In this document: one piece after another, positions 1 to 12,314 of the stretch | Position numbering within the stretch: position 1 is the first letter of the stretch | Layout: each line of letters opens with the position of its first letter | Assembly (NCBI GenBank): GCA_002104905.1 | Contig: MCFE01000143.1 | Location: 1-64,000, forward strand | Source of the DNA: Basidiobolus meristosporus CBS 931.73 | Taxonomy: Eukaryota > Fungi > Basidiobolomycota | Direction of reading: 5' to 3' | Length of the DNA: 64,000 nucleotides | Translations under genes and position numbers: made by a program | The notes under the pieces: model-generated | What the model was told of the DNA's origin: nothing | The model's database searches: none | Seen by the model: only the letters and a program-made list of their open reading frames with translations

Positions 1-1125
1 CTTCCAGGCGGATATTCGAGTTAATATGAGGCCGAGAAATATATCACTAGATGAAAACAATGTTCCATACAGAACAACCTCACAACAGCAATTTTGTTAG
101 CCATACTCATTATAAATGGATTTGGGAACTTGAAATACCCTACGATTCATTAGTTGAACAGAAACACATCATTGTGTTGCGTACAAAGCTAAAGATTCCT
201 CAATAGCTACGAGAAGCAACTATATTAAATGAGATGTTCGAATCCGATCATTGGGATGACGATTATAATAGCGGTAATCAGTGACAAGTACTTAATAGTA
301 AGATTACACGTTCGTTTTTCCGGCACCAGCACACCAGCACAAGCACGCTGCACATCACTCGGGATAGCAGACAAGGTAACCGATAAAAAGCAGTCCACAA
401 GAAGCTGAGGAAAAGCACTACCCATGAGAAGTTGAGGAACAGCACCATTCATGATACATCTGGTGTCCACGCTGGGAGCTATTGACTCGTTGGGATCAAT
501 ACAATAAGCAACAGGGTTAGATTTTATAGTGACACAAAGGATATATTTGTACTAAATCGTCAGACACTTACAAAAGCATTGCATCACCCATTGCGATGGG
601 CTTGTTTGGCAGATCGAGGAGGGGTATGAGTAGGGTCACTTTGGGCAAGTCATCTATTGAATGCAAGTACAATACACAGATTGATGTGCATAAGCAACAA
701 TCAAGAGTTGGGAACCGGCCGCTGATCTTGGTACTTCCCTCACCAATTGTTTGTGCTATCTAGTCACTTGAGTCTGATTCATCGGGCTCCCTAGACATCT
801 CTATAATAGCTTGGACTTACTGCGAGATCATGGTTAGCGTGCCCATCTAAAAAAGTGCACAATCGAGGTCAAGCAAGGAGCCAATTAACTCTGTCGCACA
901 ATAAGCACTTTCGTGTAAATGATGTCATGGAATCCGGGCATTGTATTGCTGGGGTTAGCTTGACTGATTGTACACTTACCAAAGTTGTGATAAAAGCTGT
1001 ACTCAAAAGAGATTGGCTCAAACGTTGGTTGGTAACACAGGCCAAGTAAGCCCGCATCTCAATACCAATTATAAATAGGCTGCCCTTGGCTCCTCACCGC
1101 ATACCAAACAAAATTTACAACCAAT

Positions 1126-1452
1126 ATGAATGAGCAGCCTTGTCCTCCATTTTTATCCAAACGCCAATCTTCCCCACCTCTCCCATTGCAAGAGATTCCG
1201 CACTCATTTGAAGCCACCATTGGGCAATTGACTGGAAAATCCTTCCACCTATCTCCCACCCAGATGTCACCTTCTCCCCCAGAAAGCATATGCGAAGAAT
1301 CGGACTTGGAGCTTGAAATCGATAGAGCTCTTTCAACTGGTTTCAACCATAAGAAGGACAAACGGGTGCATGACTACCATCACAGACTTCACAAACGATA
1401 CAATGGAATGATGGGCTACCTGCAAAAACAAACTACAACTTACTGGAAGTAG
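1126..1452 (+). CDS. Hypothetical 108-aa Pro/Ser-rich protein
   Basis: Single ORF with a TATAAAT box about 55 nt upstream (near 1070). No recognisable domain. Confidence 0.35.
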   Translation: MNEQPCPPFLSKRQSSPPLPLQEIPHSFEATIGQLTGKSFHLSPTQMSPSPPESICEESDLELEIDRALSTGFNHKKDKRVHDYHHRLHKRYNGMMGYLQKQTTTYWK

Positions 1453-1959
1453 ACTCGAGTATTGTTGGCAGCAGTTGTTCTCTGAGCCGAAGCAAACTCT
1501 CGCTCTATGTAAATTGTAATCTCACCTAGCTAGAAGGGTACTTCCACTAATTTATCAGACCATTGATGTGTAAATAAATCGGTCAATCACGAAAAATAGG
1601 AAATTTCCTCTCAATCCACTATTGGCATATCGCCTCCAGGACATACATCTATCTGCCTGCAGGAGTAGCCCTCCTCCTTTGATGAGATGGAGGTAGAAAT
1701 CGGCATTTACATTTAGCATCTGATCTGATTGACAGGCCCAGGATAGGAAAAGCAGGAGAAATAATAAGCTATATCACTTACAGGGGCGCGCATACACACC
1801 CATTCTATCTGTAGAACTCCTCCAATACCACGCTGAATTCAGCACTGGGTAACGATCGTGGTAAGGTATATTCAGGGGCACTAAGTACTGCTAGGATACA
1901 TGACTCGACAATATACACTTTGTCCTATGTTTATTAATCATTGTCGATAGCTGCTTTAC

Positions 1960-4110
1960 TCATTCATTGTCGTTGCCAGGGTTTCCCTTGCTCATACGAC
2001 GTTTGATATACGCCTTGACTTGGATATGGCCGTCTGAGGTCACCGCCATAAGGCGTTTACGTGAGTTCGCCCACAGTACAACTCCAATCTCATTGGCATA
2101 CCTGTACACCACATCATAGTCTTGTTGTCTGACAAATTGCTGATAAAGATAGCCTGGAAAGAATGGCTTAGAATGTGGCAAATGGCCCATAGATTCAACC
2201 AATCAACTAACCATTCGTCCCTGCAACCCGATTACGCTCCATCTCCCATAAGCGAATTTGATCTACAACTGTAACAGGAAGGAGTGGAACCTAATGGTTG
2301 AAGAGACACTTAGTCCAATGGGTCACTTGCTATTCACGACGCTATTCAGTAACTGACTTGTTTACGCATTTGGGGGTGCGCATGTGTGCTAAGGTAGGCA
2401 ATAATCTGATCGGCTGTGATCCCGTTTACCAATGCAGCACGGACGCTATCTCGTGTGAGCGCACCAGTGACCATATTTTTGAAGCGACATTTCAGATGCA
2501 CGAACAGATTCAAGACTGCGATTTGGAGAGGTGACTCTAATTAAGATCGGTATGAGTGAGCATTCTTTGCATCAATTCTTAATGTCGCGCAACCTGTATA
2601 AGCGTATAGGCGATAATTTGTCTCTAGAATAATAAACCCAGTTTCGGTCTCTTGGTCGGATTTCTTCTTATTGAATGAAGCATTCCCTGCTGTGAGAGAG
2701 GTGGCGAGCCTTGTGGGGTAAAAACGACGGGATCCTTTCTATAGCAATGCGTCAATACAAAAGAATATCAATCTGGCGTTCTCGTCACTTACCTTGCGTT
2801 GGTATACTATTCCATAATCTCTAAGATCCTCCAACATTTGTACTTGAGTGGGAGTAAGTGTTTCGGTGGAATAGTCCTGCCAAAAGCATGGTTAATTACT
2901 CTTATGATAGATATTGAGGGAGGAGGCATACGTACCTTGCCCAGCTCGAGGCTGCCCAGTTGGAAAAAGAAGTTCAAAACCTCCACCAAATCCATTTGTA
3001 GTTTCTAAAGATTCCATCAGTTAAATAATAAATAATGCGTGCATGCCTACAAAGCTTCTTACTTCTGCCATATCGAGGTATTGCAGCAGAAACGCCCACA
3101 CCTGAGTATTTACGTCTTGTAATAGAAACTGGAAACCTTTGTTGGAGATTTTCATATTGGATTGGCCATCACCACTATGAAAACGTCAGTCTCTCTATGG
3201 ATAATTCTTGGAAAGAGGCCTGTCGATACCTTAGCGCCATCAATCCGGAGCGTCTTAGTAGATTGAGGACACCTTTGCTAGGCTTTTTTGTATCCGATGT
3301 TCCAACCATATAATGGAGAATTGCCTGGGTCGTGAACATGAGTAAATTCACGATACCATAGGATTTCAGCACAATGCTGCAAATACCTCCCACTGCTGTG
3401 TTGCATATGTGTCTAAGAATGATATATCCACTTTGTGTTTATCGGGGGTGGCTGAGAGCAAACCGAAGCTTTGATGGTTTCCACTATAGAAAGAATGATG
3501 GGAGAAAAGCAAGATCAATAAAGCTCTGTTGGGCAAAAAGACATCCATTTACGGGAATCAAGTTTTGTTACCCTCCAGTCAAGGCATTTCTAAAATGTTC
3601 GCGGAAAGTATCGCTCATATAAAGTAAACCCTCTTTCTCGGTTAGAATGTGAAGTTTGGAAAGTTTCTCTAAGCTCTCCTTTTGTTTTCTAGCGTACGGA
3701 TCAGGAACAGACACAGAAACGGTTATCGAAATGTTTCCTCTGGATTGGAAGGCACCCATATAGACGGAAGTTTACTTACGTAGCTGCCTCAGTGTAACAC
3801 CATCCATTAAAATCTTGCAAAGAAATTGGCTCTTCAACATACAGCATTGCCATGACAAATTGTTTAGCTAAACTAGGTAGTAATCTACGATCAAAGGATG
3901 AGTTATTCAGGTGCCAAAAAATGAACCCTTAAGAGTGTCCTCGAAGATCTCCAGCAATGCAGACTGAGCTAGTACACTGAATGATATGAAAAGTATATCT
4001 TCCAACCTGAAAATGGACAAACATGTGGCAGGTTTCAAGAATAATCTATTGAAGGTCTGGGTTGGCAAAGTTTCCAGGTATTCGTAAACATTGGTCTTAA
4101 AGTGTGTCAT
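1960..4110 (-). CDS. TFB2: TFIIH core subunit Tfb2/p52 (GTF2H4), multi-exon
   Basis: N-terminus [49 protein letters not shown], internal [22 protein letters not shown] and [19 protein letters not shown], and C-terminus GYLYQQF...[35 protein letters not shown] all match Tfb2. The first five introns were traced as GT-AG; the later ones were not. An alternative ATG lies at 4119. Confidence 0.93.
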
Positions 4111-4991
4111 GCCCGGCATCTTCCCAACGAAACCGCTCAACAAGTTCAACAGAGCAACCATAGCGCACAGATGGATATTTAAAGGAGATCCATCACGTGA
4201 TCATGGGATTTGAATCTTGCATCGGCAACTATACCTACAACCGCTATAAACCGCAGATTCAGATGTATGAAACAGAGTTAATGGGATGGAACATAGATGA
4301 TTTTATAATTTAGCCTGCATACGAGACATATGTGTATGTATACATGCGTGGGTGAGAACGGACCATATAAAAGCAATCCAAACAGGCCTGATCACTAGCG
4401 ATAATCACCAAGGAAATGGACTCACCTACTCTTGTAGCATCTACTTATGATCCTCGATGCGAGAACAATCATCCAGACGACGCTTTCACAATGCATGTGC
4501 CAGAGCGCAAGGAACAAATAACCGAACACGTCAATGATCCCAGAGAGTCAGAAGATTTCGAGCTAACTGGCTTGTAACGGTGAATCAGAAGATTCCAAGC
4601 TAACTGGCTTACTTGTAACACCTGAATAAACCTTCAACAACTCCATCACATTGTCTTACCAACGTAATCACACAAACGCTCCCACTAACCCTTTAGCCAG
4701 TGGAGATGTGGGTTAGGTTTGATTTAGCTAAAGCCAGGATGAGAGGAAATTTTTCCATTCAGTCACCATCGTGTAATCATCGGAATTAATTGATCGGAAT
4801 TTAAGATTTATATAGTAAATTTATATCCACCTGTTGGACGTTGAGAATCTCTCCACCTTTCCAAAATCCGCCATCTCTTGACCAACAATAACCTCCCAAT
4901 TTGCTTTGTGGCCTACAGACTTCATTTATAGTTGAGATTAAAGCAACAGCACGTTTCATTCGATAGCTACCTATTGTATCGGGATATTGCG

Positions 4992-6347
4992 ATGAAGACC
5001 GGCTTTACTACCCCTTCATCTAGGTGGCTAATGCCGTTCATTTGCTTAATTTGTTGGCCTCATAGAGTCGAGGCAATGGATCAATATACAGCATGGACCA
5101 TCTCGATCGTTTCCTTTGTAGCCGTTGTTATACTCGTTATGGTGGCTATTTGCTGTAAATATCACATAATGCCCCAACTCTCTCAATCACTGGCATTCGA
5201 CAGTGATGAAACAGATAGATTGCTAACCGAAGCGGATTATACCGGCATGAATGCGGAAACTCTGCCTGAACCAGAACGGCAAAGCTTTGAACTATCTCGT
5301 GCATTCGAAGCCGCCTTTCCACCTTGCAGCGTATCAACCGAGTTGACTTCTGAACAGTCAGCTATTATTAGAGAGAAGGGAGTCAAGGCCTGGGAATTTG
5401 AGGCGGATTCCGATGTAAATATTATTGTGCAGGACCGTACGGAGGTTTCGTTCTATGGCGGAGAATATTGTGTACAGACCAATTTGCCACTTCCCAAGCG
5501 AGACCCTGTATATTACTTCGAAGTAAAGGTATTTGAGAAAATACCCAAGACTCGAATAGGGATCGGACTCTCAACCAAGCCATACCCTTCCTGGCGTTTT
5601 CCAGGTGAATATTTATTTTGCGTAACGTTGAGTTGCTCTTGAATCTGTTTCCTAACGTCGCTCCTGGCAGGTCGCAACAGACATTCTATAGGGTACCACT
5701 CCAACGGCCGCAAGTACTCGAATGATCCGTTTGATGGAAAGCCTTATGGCGTGCCCTACTACAAAGGAGACGTCATCGGATGTGGATATCGCACACAAAC
5801 GGGTACAGTTTTCTTCACTCGCAACGGAGTAAAGCTTGGAAGTGCAGTGACTGGGGCCCATCTGAACTTTTTCCCCACCATCGCGGCTGACGGACCGTGC
5901 ATTCTACACGTGAATTTCGGGCAAATGGGGTTCGTTTTTATCGAGGCGAACGTGAAAAAGTGGGGACTAGCTCCTTCTGTAGGAAATCTCTCTCCTCCCC
6001 CAGCCTACGGCTCTGAAAGGGATTCCCTCCTCCTGGAGTCCGGAAGCGCGCTAACTGAGCAAGAGTTGGCCTCCATCAGGTTGTCGATCCATTCGAATGC
6101 AGACTTGCGGCGATCCATCTTTGGAGAAAGCTCGCGCGCCTCTATCCTGAACACCGACCAACCCATCTCTTACGGGGCAATAGACGCTCATCCACAGCCG
6201 GCTTTGAAAGATGCAGTTACTATCCCCATGGAACACGCCACACCCCCGCCCTCTTATTCGTACGGTGAATGCTCGCACAGTACCCACATCCATTCTCAGT
6301 CTGGCGCCGGATCATCAGCCGAGAACGTTCATCGCACCATCTTTTAG
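4992..6347 (+). CDS. SSH4: Single-pass membrane SPRY-domain protein of the Ssh4/Ear1 family (Rsp5/NEDD4 adaptor)
   Basis: TM helix (WTISIVSFVAVVILVMVAICC), SPRY motifs (YYFEVK, IGLSTKPYPSWRFPG, GDVIGCGY, FFTRNG, FPTIAADGPC, VNFGQMGFVFIEANVKKWGLAP) and PY motifs PPPAY and PPPSY. Intron 5605-5670 (GT-AG) joins the two ORFs in frame. The start could instead be ATG 5076. Confidence 0.85.
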
Positions 6348-6941
6348 CATTACTTAGGTTAATTTTTTTGTCGTCGTGAAGTTGCCCGTTCGCATCCTGT
6401 AAATTCCCCAAGAAATCCCATTCTGCCAGAGGTCAGTATGCGGCAGCGCCCCTATCATTTATGGTAACCGTGTCACCAATATCCCAATCCACTCTGTTCT
6501 ACCCCTCTCATCGCCATGCTGCTCCCCCGAGTGCCTTTGCTGATTATCAAGCGCAGTTCACGCATTATTCACACTATTTGCATTGTCCGAATATCTCCAT
6601 TCACCAATGGATTGGTGATGGAAATAAATGAAGTGCACTTATATATGCGCACGAATCTGTTTGTGTTTGCATATCTCCCTAGTAATATGAAAGTCTAGGA
6701 TATTATACATTGACTTTCCCTGATTTTTCTGATTTTTGGCTGACCTGAATGCTCGTAACCTGCGAGAGTGTATGGTTAGGTATCGTGCTAGATATTTTAC
6801 AAGGGTAGTCCAACAGAAGTTTCTGGTAACCACCAACCAAACATCATATGAAGACCAGCCAGAATCCTACTCACCTACTTGGATTATATGTGGAGTAGAA
6901 TGACCACAAAACAAAGCCTAAATCTCTCTTAGGGGTAGATG

Positions 6942-7118
6942 TGTTGTGAGAGTCTTGGAGATTTTGGAATTGATTGTGAGAACAGGAAGAATATGCGGTT
7001 TCACAATGATTTATTGAATGTAGAAGTGGTATATATGCTTTCACAAGGAAGGTCCTATGAACGTGTGTACAAAGCTTGGGGCATTTAGACAACTTGGAAT
7101 ATTTTCACCAAAGTGTCA
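6942..7118 (-). mobile_element. Partial diverged LTR (same family as 61944-62292)
   Basis: Begins TGTTGTGAGAGTCTTGGAG on + and aligns by eye to the 7730 and 61944 LTRs, with internal deletions. Confidence 0.7.
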
Positions 7119-7190
7119 AGTAATCAGAACATTAGAAATTAACTCGAAATTAAAATTAATCCAAATCAAGCTTTGAGTGTATGAATAACT

Positions 7191-7465
7191 TGTTGTAAGA
7201 GCTCTGGAGATCCTGAAAGAGATTGGGAGAGCAAGTAGATTGTGTGGTTTTCACTTGGTGATTAATTGAATGTAAAAGTGATGGTTATGCTTTTGGATTG
7301 TCTTGGAAGACTTGTCAATTTTCATGTTCTGGGGACCTCATATTCTGGCATATAACTCCAAGTAAATCCTGACATGAGTCTGGGCAGGGTATCCCAAGAT
7401 TCATAGAATGTGATCTAAGTGACCAAGTCAATTCATTATTCAGGTGTAATTATAAAATTCACGCA
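7191..7465 (-). mobile_element. Diverged LTR relic (copia family)
   Basis: Begins TGTTGTAAGAG and shares the GTGGTTTTCACTTGGTGATTAATTGAATGTAAAAGT block. No TSD seen. Confidence 0.7.
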
Positions 7466-7729
7466 TGATCTAGGTGTAAACTAAGCAACCACAATATCCA
7501 CAGCATGCCTATCACCAATTATAGCAAGTTCTTGTAAAAGAACAATGCTTTATTGGTACTCCTTATACATGCAAGCTTGGTCTACCAAGTCAAATCTATC
7601 ACTCTTCAAACATTGCATCAAATATAATTCACATCTAATGTGAGTGTTGTGCATCAACATTTAAAACTTGGCCAATTTCACTCTGTTAGAAAATCTAGTA
7701 CCCTAACTGATTTTCCCTAACCCAAACAT

Positions 7730-8078
7730 TGTTGTAAGAGTCTTGGATATATTGGAAGTGACTGGGAGAACAAGTAGATTATTTGGTTTTCACTTGGTGA
7801 TTTATTGAATGTAAAAGTAGTATTTATACTTTCACATGGTCTTGGCATAATAAACCCATAGAATAGGTTGAGGAAGGTCCTAAGAACACGTGTGCAAAGT
7901 CTGGGGCTGTTTGGATAACTTTGAGAATTTTCATGCTCTGGGTACCTGGTATTTTGGTGAAAATATTCTAAGTAAATCCCAACAAGGAATTTGGTCAGTA
8001 TTCTCAAGGATATGAAGGTAATGTTCTAAGTGACTAAGTTAGGTGAATATTTAGGTGGAAATACAAATTTTTACAACA
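7730..8078 (-). mobile_element. Complete 349-bp solo LTR of a Ty1/copia element
   Basis: TGTTGTAA...TTACAACA inverted termini, perfect 5-bp TSD AACAT (7725-7729 and 8079-8083), same length as and colinear with the LTR at 61944-62292. TATAAATA and AATAAA lie on the minus strand. Confidence 0.93.
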
Positions 8079-8733
8079 AACATAACTAATCACTGTATGG
8101 TTTATTTTATCACTTCTCAGAATCTATTTTTAGCTATCACACCTGATCAATTTTCAAGTGGTCATTATGTCCTCAACTGATCTGCTAAGCCTTTCCAAAG
8201 GATTAGTCATCTGAGATCTATCCAATCACTTAGCAGTTGCCAAGACATCAGCTGATTAATGATGCAATTTTTCATTTATCTTATGCACCTATCAACACCC
8301 CAACAGAGTTCAATTAGTCCAGTCTCTTGGTGCTTACTAATTCAACTTGATCTAAAAAATATAAATAAAGATTACTGAACCTTTTGGTTTAGTGTGTGTC
8401 TCAACAAAATTAAGATTGTGCCTCAGCAAAATTAAGAATTAAACAATTCCGTTCTAGTTTCCACCCAAGCTTAGCATATCTAGCATTCCCAAGAACCTAG
8501 CCTAGCCTGTATAGCAAACCAACTCTGTTGCCTTTATAGCCCAACTCAACTATATACAAAACCAATATCAGACCAGAACTTCTCTGCTAATATATCTGTC
8601 ACCCTTGACAATTCTAAGTTTCTGCACTTAGTTGTCACTTAGGTTCAGTTAACTCATTCAAGAGTTTTATTACACTTTTCTCTTGGATATAACAATGAGC
8701 CTCTAACCCTGCTATTGATTCCTATATGTTATA

Positions 8734-9087
8734 TGTTGTAATTATTTAATTTACACCTAAACCACTCATATAATGTAAGATTTGACTTAGCTTATTGCTA
8801 AGTTCTGAATTATTTACCTAAGATTTAGTTTGTAAGATATCATCTAATTCTTGGAGTTAGTGAAGGTCTGGAAGTTATCAATATCTTCAAACTCGTCCAA
8901 AATCTACCAGACTTTGAACACAGCTTCCTGGGACCTTTTTAAAGCATTCTTATTATTATTCTCACGAAGTTCCCCAAAAAGTATAAATACTTTATTTCTA
9001 CTCAATAAAGCAACAAGTGAATATCAGGCAATTCTTCTAGTTCTCCAAATTTCAAACACTTCCAATACTCCCTAGAATCTTGCAACA
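8734..9087 (+). mobile_element. Diverged LTR of the same family, opposite orientation
   Basis: TGTTGTAA...TTGCAACA. Contains CCAGACTTTG, AAGTATAAATACT and CAATAAA blocks matching the reverse complement of the 7730 LTR. No TSD. Confidence 0.75.
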
Positions 9088-11253
9088 AAGGCGATGCTAA
9101 AATGCTTTTAGAAAGATTCCAGAAGCTAGAGTGAAAAGCTTGAGAATGTTCAGTGTTTAGCTAAACAAATCAGTAGCAATACCCCCAACATGTACTATAA
9201 ATCTTGAAAGGGCATTCCCATTTCACATTAATATCACGATTTGGTAGTTGAATTACAAATCATCAGAGTAGATCCTATGCTTTGTCATCGATTCAAAAAA
9301 CTTGGCCCGCAAGTTAATCCACAATGCGATTCAGATGACATAATTGACACAAAAAATTAGCGTATATCTACAATGGTTGATTTCTCCACTTCATGAAGCA
9401 GTCGTATCCAAATACTTCAATGAAATGCTCAGTATGAATATGACTGTGTGTGGTGAAACCATCAAATAGATGCAAGTGAGACGGCGTGAATTAACCAAAA
9501 TTCTGAGAAATTGGATTAACAAAGAATGAAACAAATCTCGGAAATATTGCAACATTTCTTTCAGTTCTGCACAGTCTTGATGCTTCGAGTACAAATGCCG
9601 ACAATTTGAGTCCGAATCGTACTCGTGTTACTTCAGGCTAATTGGGCTAGAGTGGCAGGCATTCAAGGTTTGGAAGCCACTAGATTACCAGAGATTTCGG
9701 GGAACCGTCAAAAGGAGTTTGCCTAATTTGAGTCTTGGCTACTGGTGTCATAATGAGAATATGATGAATGATGTAATTCAACCATTTGATGCATTTGGTT
9801 ATATAGGCTTATATAGGGTGCCTTGTAATATCAGTCAAGGTCCCGATCCGTATGTAAATATCCCGATAGTTAAATCTCGATACTGAAGAGGAATCTTATC
9901 TGCTAGAATCAAATATTCCATAATCTATCGCATGAAATTCCTGCTTAAATGTATGCCTAATTTATTGGCATCACATCCAGCCGGCAAGTCCCTATCTAGC
10001 TAATCAACAAGTTTACGTATGCACTACAGCATGTCAATCTGGCTTCGTCCCTAGCTCGTGGCTCACCTTCACATGCAATTTTCAACTGCATCCATGGCTT
10101 AGCCTGGAGTGATGCAAAAAATAATGCCGGATGGCTTTCATAAGTGTGACTGGACGCGGCTGCCTTCATATTGCACCTGCTTCAGTGAGGCCCCTAACCC
10201 TAACCCCCTATCGACACTAAGGGTAGGTTAGCCATGGAGAGGGTTCTGGATTGGAAGAGCTCAGGTGTTATTTACCATTATATTGCACTTTGTTGGGAGA
10301 ATAGTCGAAGAACGCTAGCATAGTATTCACCAATTAGTACATGGTGCCTATCTTTTCAGCCTGCGAAACCTCGACGACATGGCTTTATTGGTTCCATATG
10401 GAGTTGCCAGGGATCATCATACATGTCGTTAAGATGACCACCTAGTCAACATCTAAGCGGCCCATGACCTCAACCCGCTACAAATATGGGAAGCAGCAGG
10501 ATATTGCATCACCATCCTACTTGAGAAAACCCCTTTCTAGACAAACTGGATATCCAAGCCATCGCTGTACTACGCAACTGATTTCGTGCTTCCCCCGATG
10601 CCTTAACGAAGCCTCATATACATCCAGATTAGAACCAGTCACATGGATTTAACTATAATTGCATTGCTAATCCGGAGTAGACTGATACATTACCACGTTA
10701 AAATCATCACCCGTCACACGTGATTCATCCAAGCCTCGCTGCTTACGATTGGGGCTGGAACCGGAGGACTGTATTTGGAGGATTCCCTTATTTATCGCCG
10801 CAGGTAATTTTAAAAAACAAGGGCCAATCTCAGTTTGGGAATCGGTGGGTCCGGTACTTTGGACCGTTCTCCCAAATGGACCGGACCCGCTCAGATTAGT
10901 CACTCAGGGAACTCCTAATTGCATGGAGATGTGCGAAAAATATACCCTGATGAGTATTAATAGGCATCCATGGGTGACAACTGTTGAAGTCGTGGATCGT
11001 GTCTTGCTACAGTTGAGTGGAGTTGAACAGATATAGTACAGATTTTATTTACAGTGCTACTTGCTTTTTGTGGAAAAGTGGATTGGGCACTTGCAATGAA
11101 AAAGTAGGGCAGAGTGAGATGTAACCAAGACTCCCCCCCCCCAATGGACAATTTGGTTGGTGCGTGCTTAGTGTAAAGAACCCGTCTTTAGTCCGCCAAA
11201 GATGTACAGTAGCAAGCGCACCGCTTGGAAAGGTTTGGTCTTGGCGTCGCTGT

Positions 11254-11487
11254 TCAGAACCATTTAACATCCAAAAGCGGGGTTTCGTAGTTGTTGCTGA
11301 AAGACAATAACTTCTGGGGTAGGTCCATGTTGTCGGACTGTTGGTATGCAGGAAGGGAGTCACTTGGGGGAGCTTGCGAGATTTGGTCCTCGATTTGAGA
11401 CTGTAGTATGTCAAGAGGACTCTTCTCGATAACGGTGTTAGAATCTAACTGGGATATGATGTCTTCGATGGAGTTCATACGTTTCAT
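11254..11487 (-). CDS. Orphan 77-aa protein (paralog of 12123-12314)
   Basis: Shares the SIEDII..LD...V..KSPLD.L...I motif and a C-terminal DVKx(F/Y) with the neighbouring ORF. TATA-like AATATATAAA lies about 80 nt upstream. Confidence 0.6.
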   Translation of the reverse strand: MKRMNSIEDIISQLDSNTVIEKSPLDILQSQIEDQISQAPPSDSLPAYQQSDNMDLPQKLLSFSNNYETPLLDVKWF

Positions 11488-12122
11488 TCCTCTCGGGTAA
11501 AGAATCAGATGGTGGGGCTAAAGCTAGTCAACAGAATTGGTTCGAGCCAGGTAATCGTGTTGCCCTTTATATATTTCGGGAGCATTTGGCATTTCGAACC
11601 CTTCCAATCAGTCGGCTGAAAAAAGTCCAGGGCGCTTGCTTTTTTGTTGAGTCGTGACTGGTAAATGAATTACAAAATAGTTTGATCTTTCATGTCATAC
11701 CTCGACCCAATACGAGCAATCAGCCAAAGGTCCGATCCAACGGGAGATCTGCTAGGGCGATTGAAGCAAACACCACCAAACCGGCAAGTGTTGAAACATT
11801 TCGATATATTTCGAGTATCAAAGCTACCACGGTACATGCAGAGTACCAACGCTACTATGGTATATATCCAGTATCAAGCGCATATCTGGTAAATGGGGAA
11901 TAGACGCCTAGAACGTCGACTGTGCTTCATTGTGACGAAAAAGATGATCCGATGGATGCATGAGCTGGTCAGCCAGAGCTGATCGTCTGCTGAACAATCA
12001 TCCCATTTCGGCAGAATATTATGGTAAAATGAACGCGGAATTGAATTGGATAGGTGAGGAAGTATGTACATTTATTTACATGTAGTCAAATAAAAACTGA
12101 GCAGGCGCATGATGGCTGTCGT

Positions 12123-12314
12123 CTAGTAGGACTTGACGTCCTGTCTTGTTTCTTGGGAAACCTTCGGAATGTTGACATCTTGTGATATCAACTTGGCCAG
12201 TTCTTGCTGAATACGGGCTTCCAGGAGATCTAGAGGGCTCTTGTCGCAGACATTCGAAGCATCAAGCTTCATGATGATGTCCTCGATGGAGGCGCTGAAG
12301 GTTCTGTTTCTCAT
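12123..12314 (-). CDS. Orphan 63-aa protein (paralog of 11254-11487)
   Basis: 16 of 31 identical residues with the 11254 ORF over the N-terminal motif. TATATA lies about 92 nt upstream. Confidence 0.6.
   Translation of the reverse strand: MRNRTFSASIEDIIMKLDASNVCDKSPLDLLEARIQQELAKLISQDVNIPKVSQETRQDVKSY

Noticed and set aside
1-1057. Short ORFs and stop-broken coding-like fragments at the window start
   Set aside because: No recognisable motif and no consistent frame or splice pattern. Cannot be distinguished from intergenic sequence.
10192-10206. CCCTAACCCTAACCC telomere-like repeat
   Set aside because: Only about 2.5 units, which is expected by chance in 64 kb.
9391-11151. Several overlapping 60-95 aa ORFs on both strands
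   Set aside because: No domain, no paralogy and no clear splice joins.
11540-11605. GGTTCGAG / GGGTTCGAA T-loop-like motifs
   Set aside because: No cloverleaf or A-box can be built around them.
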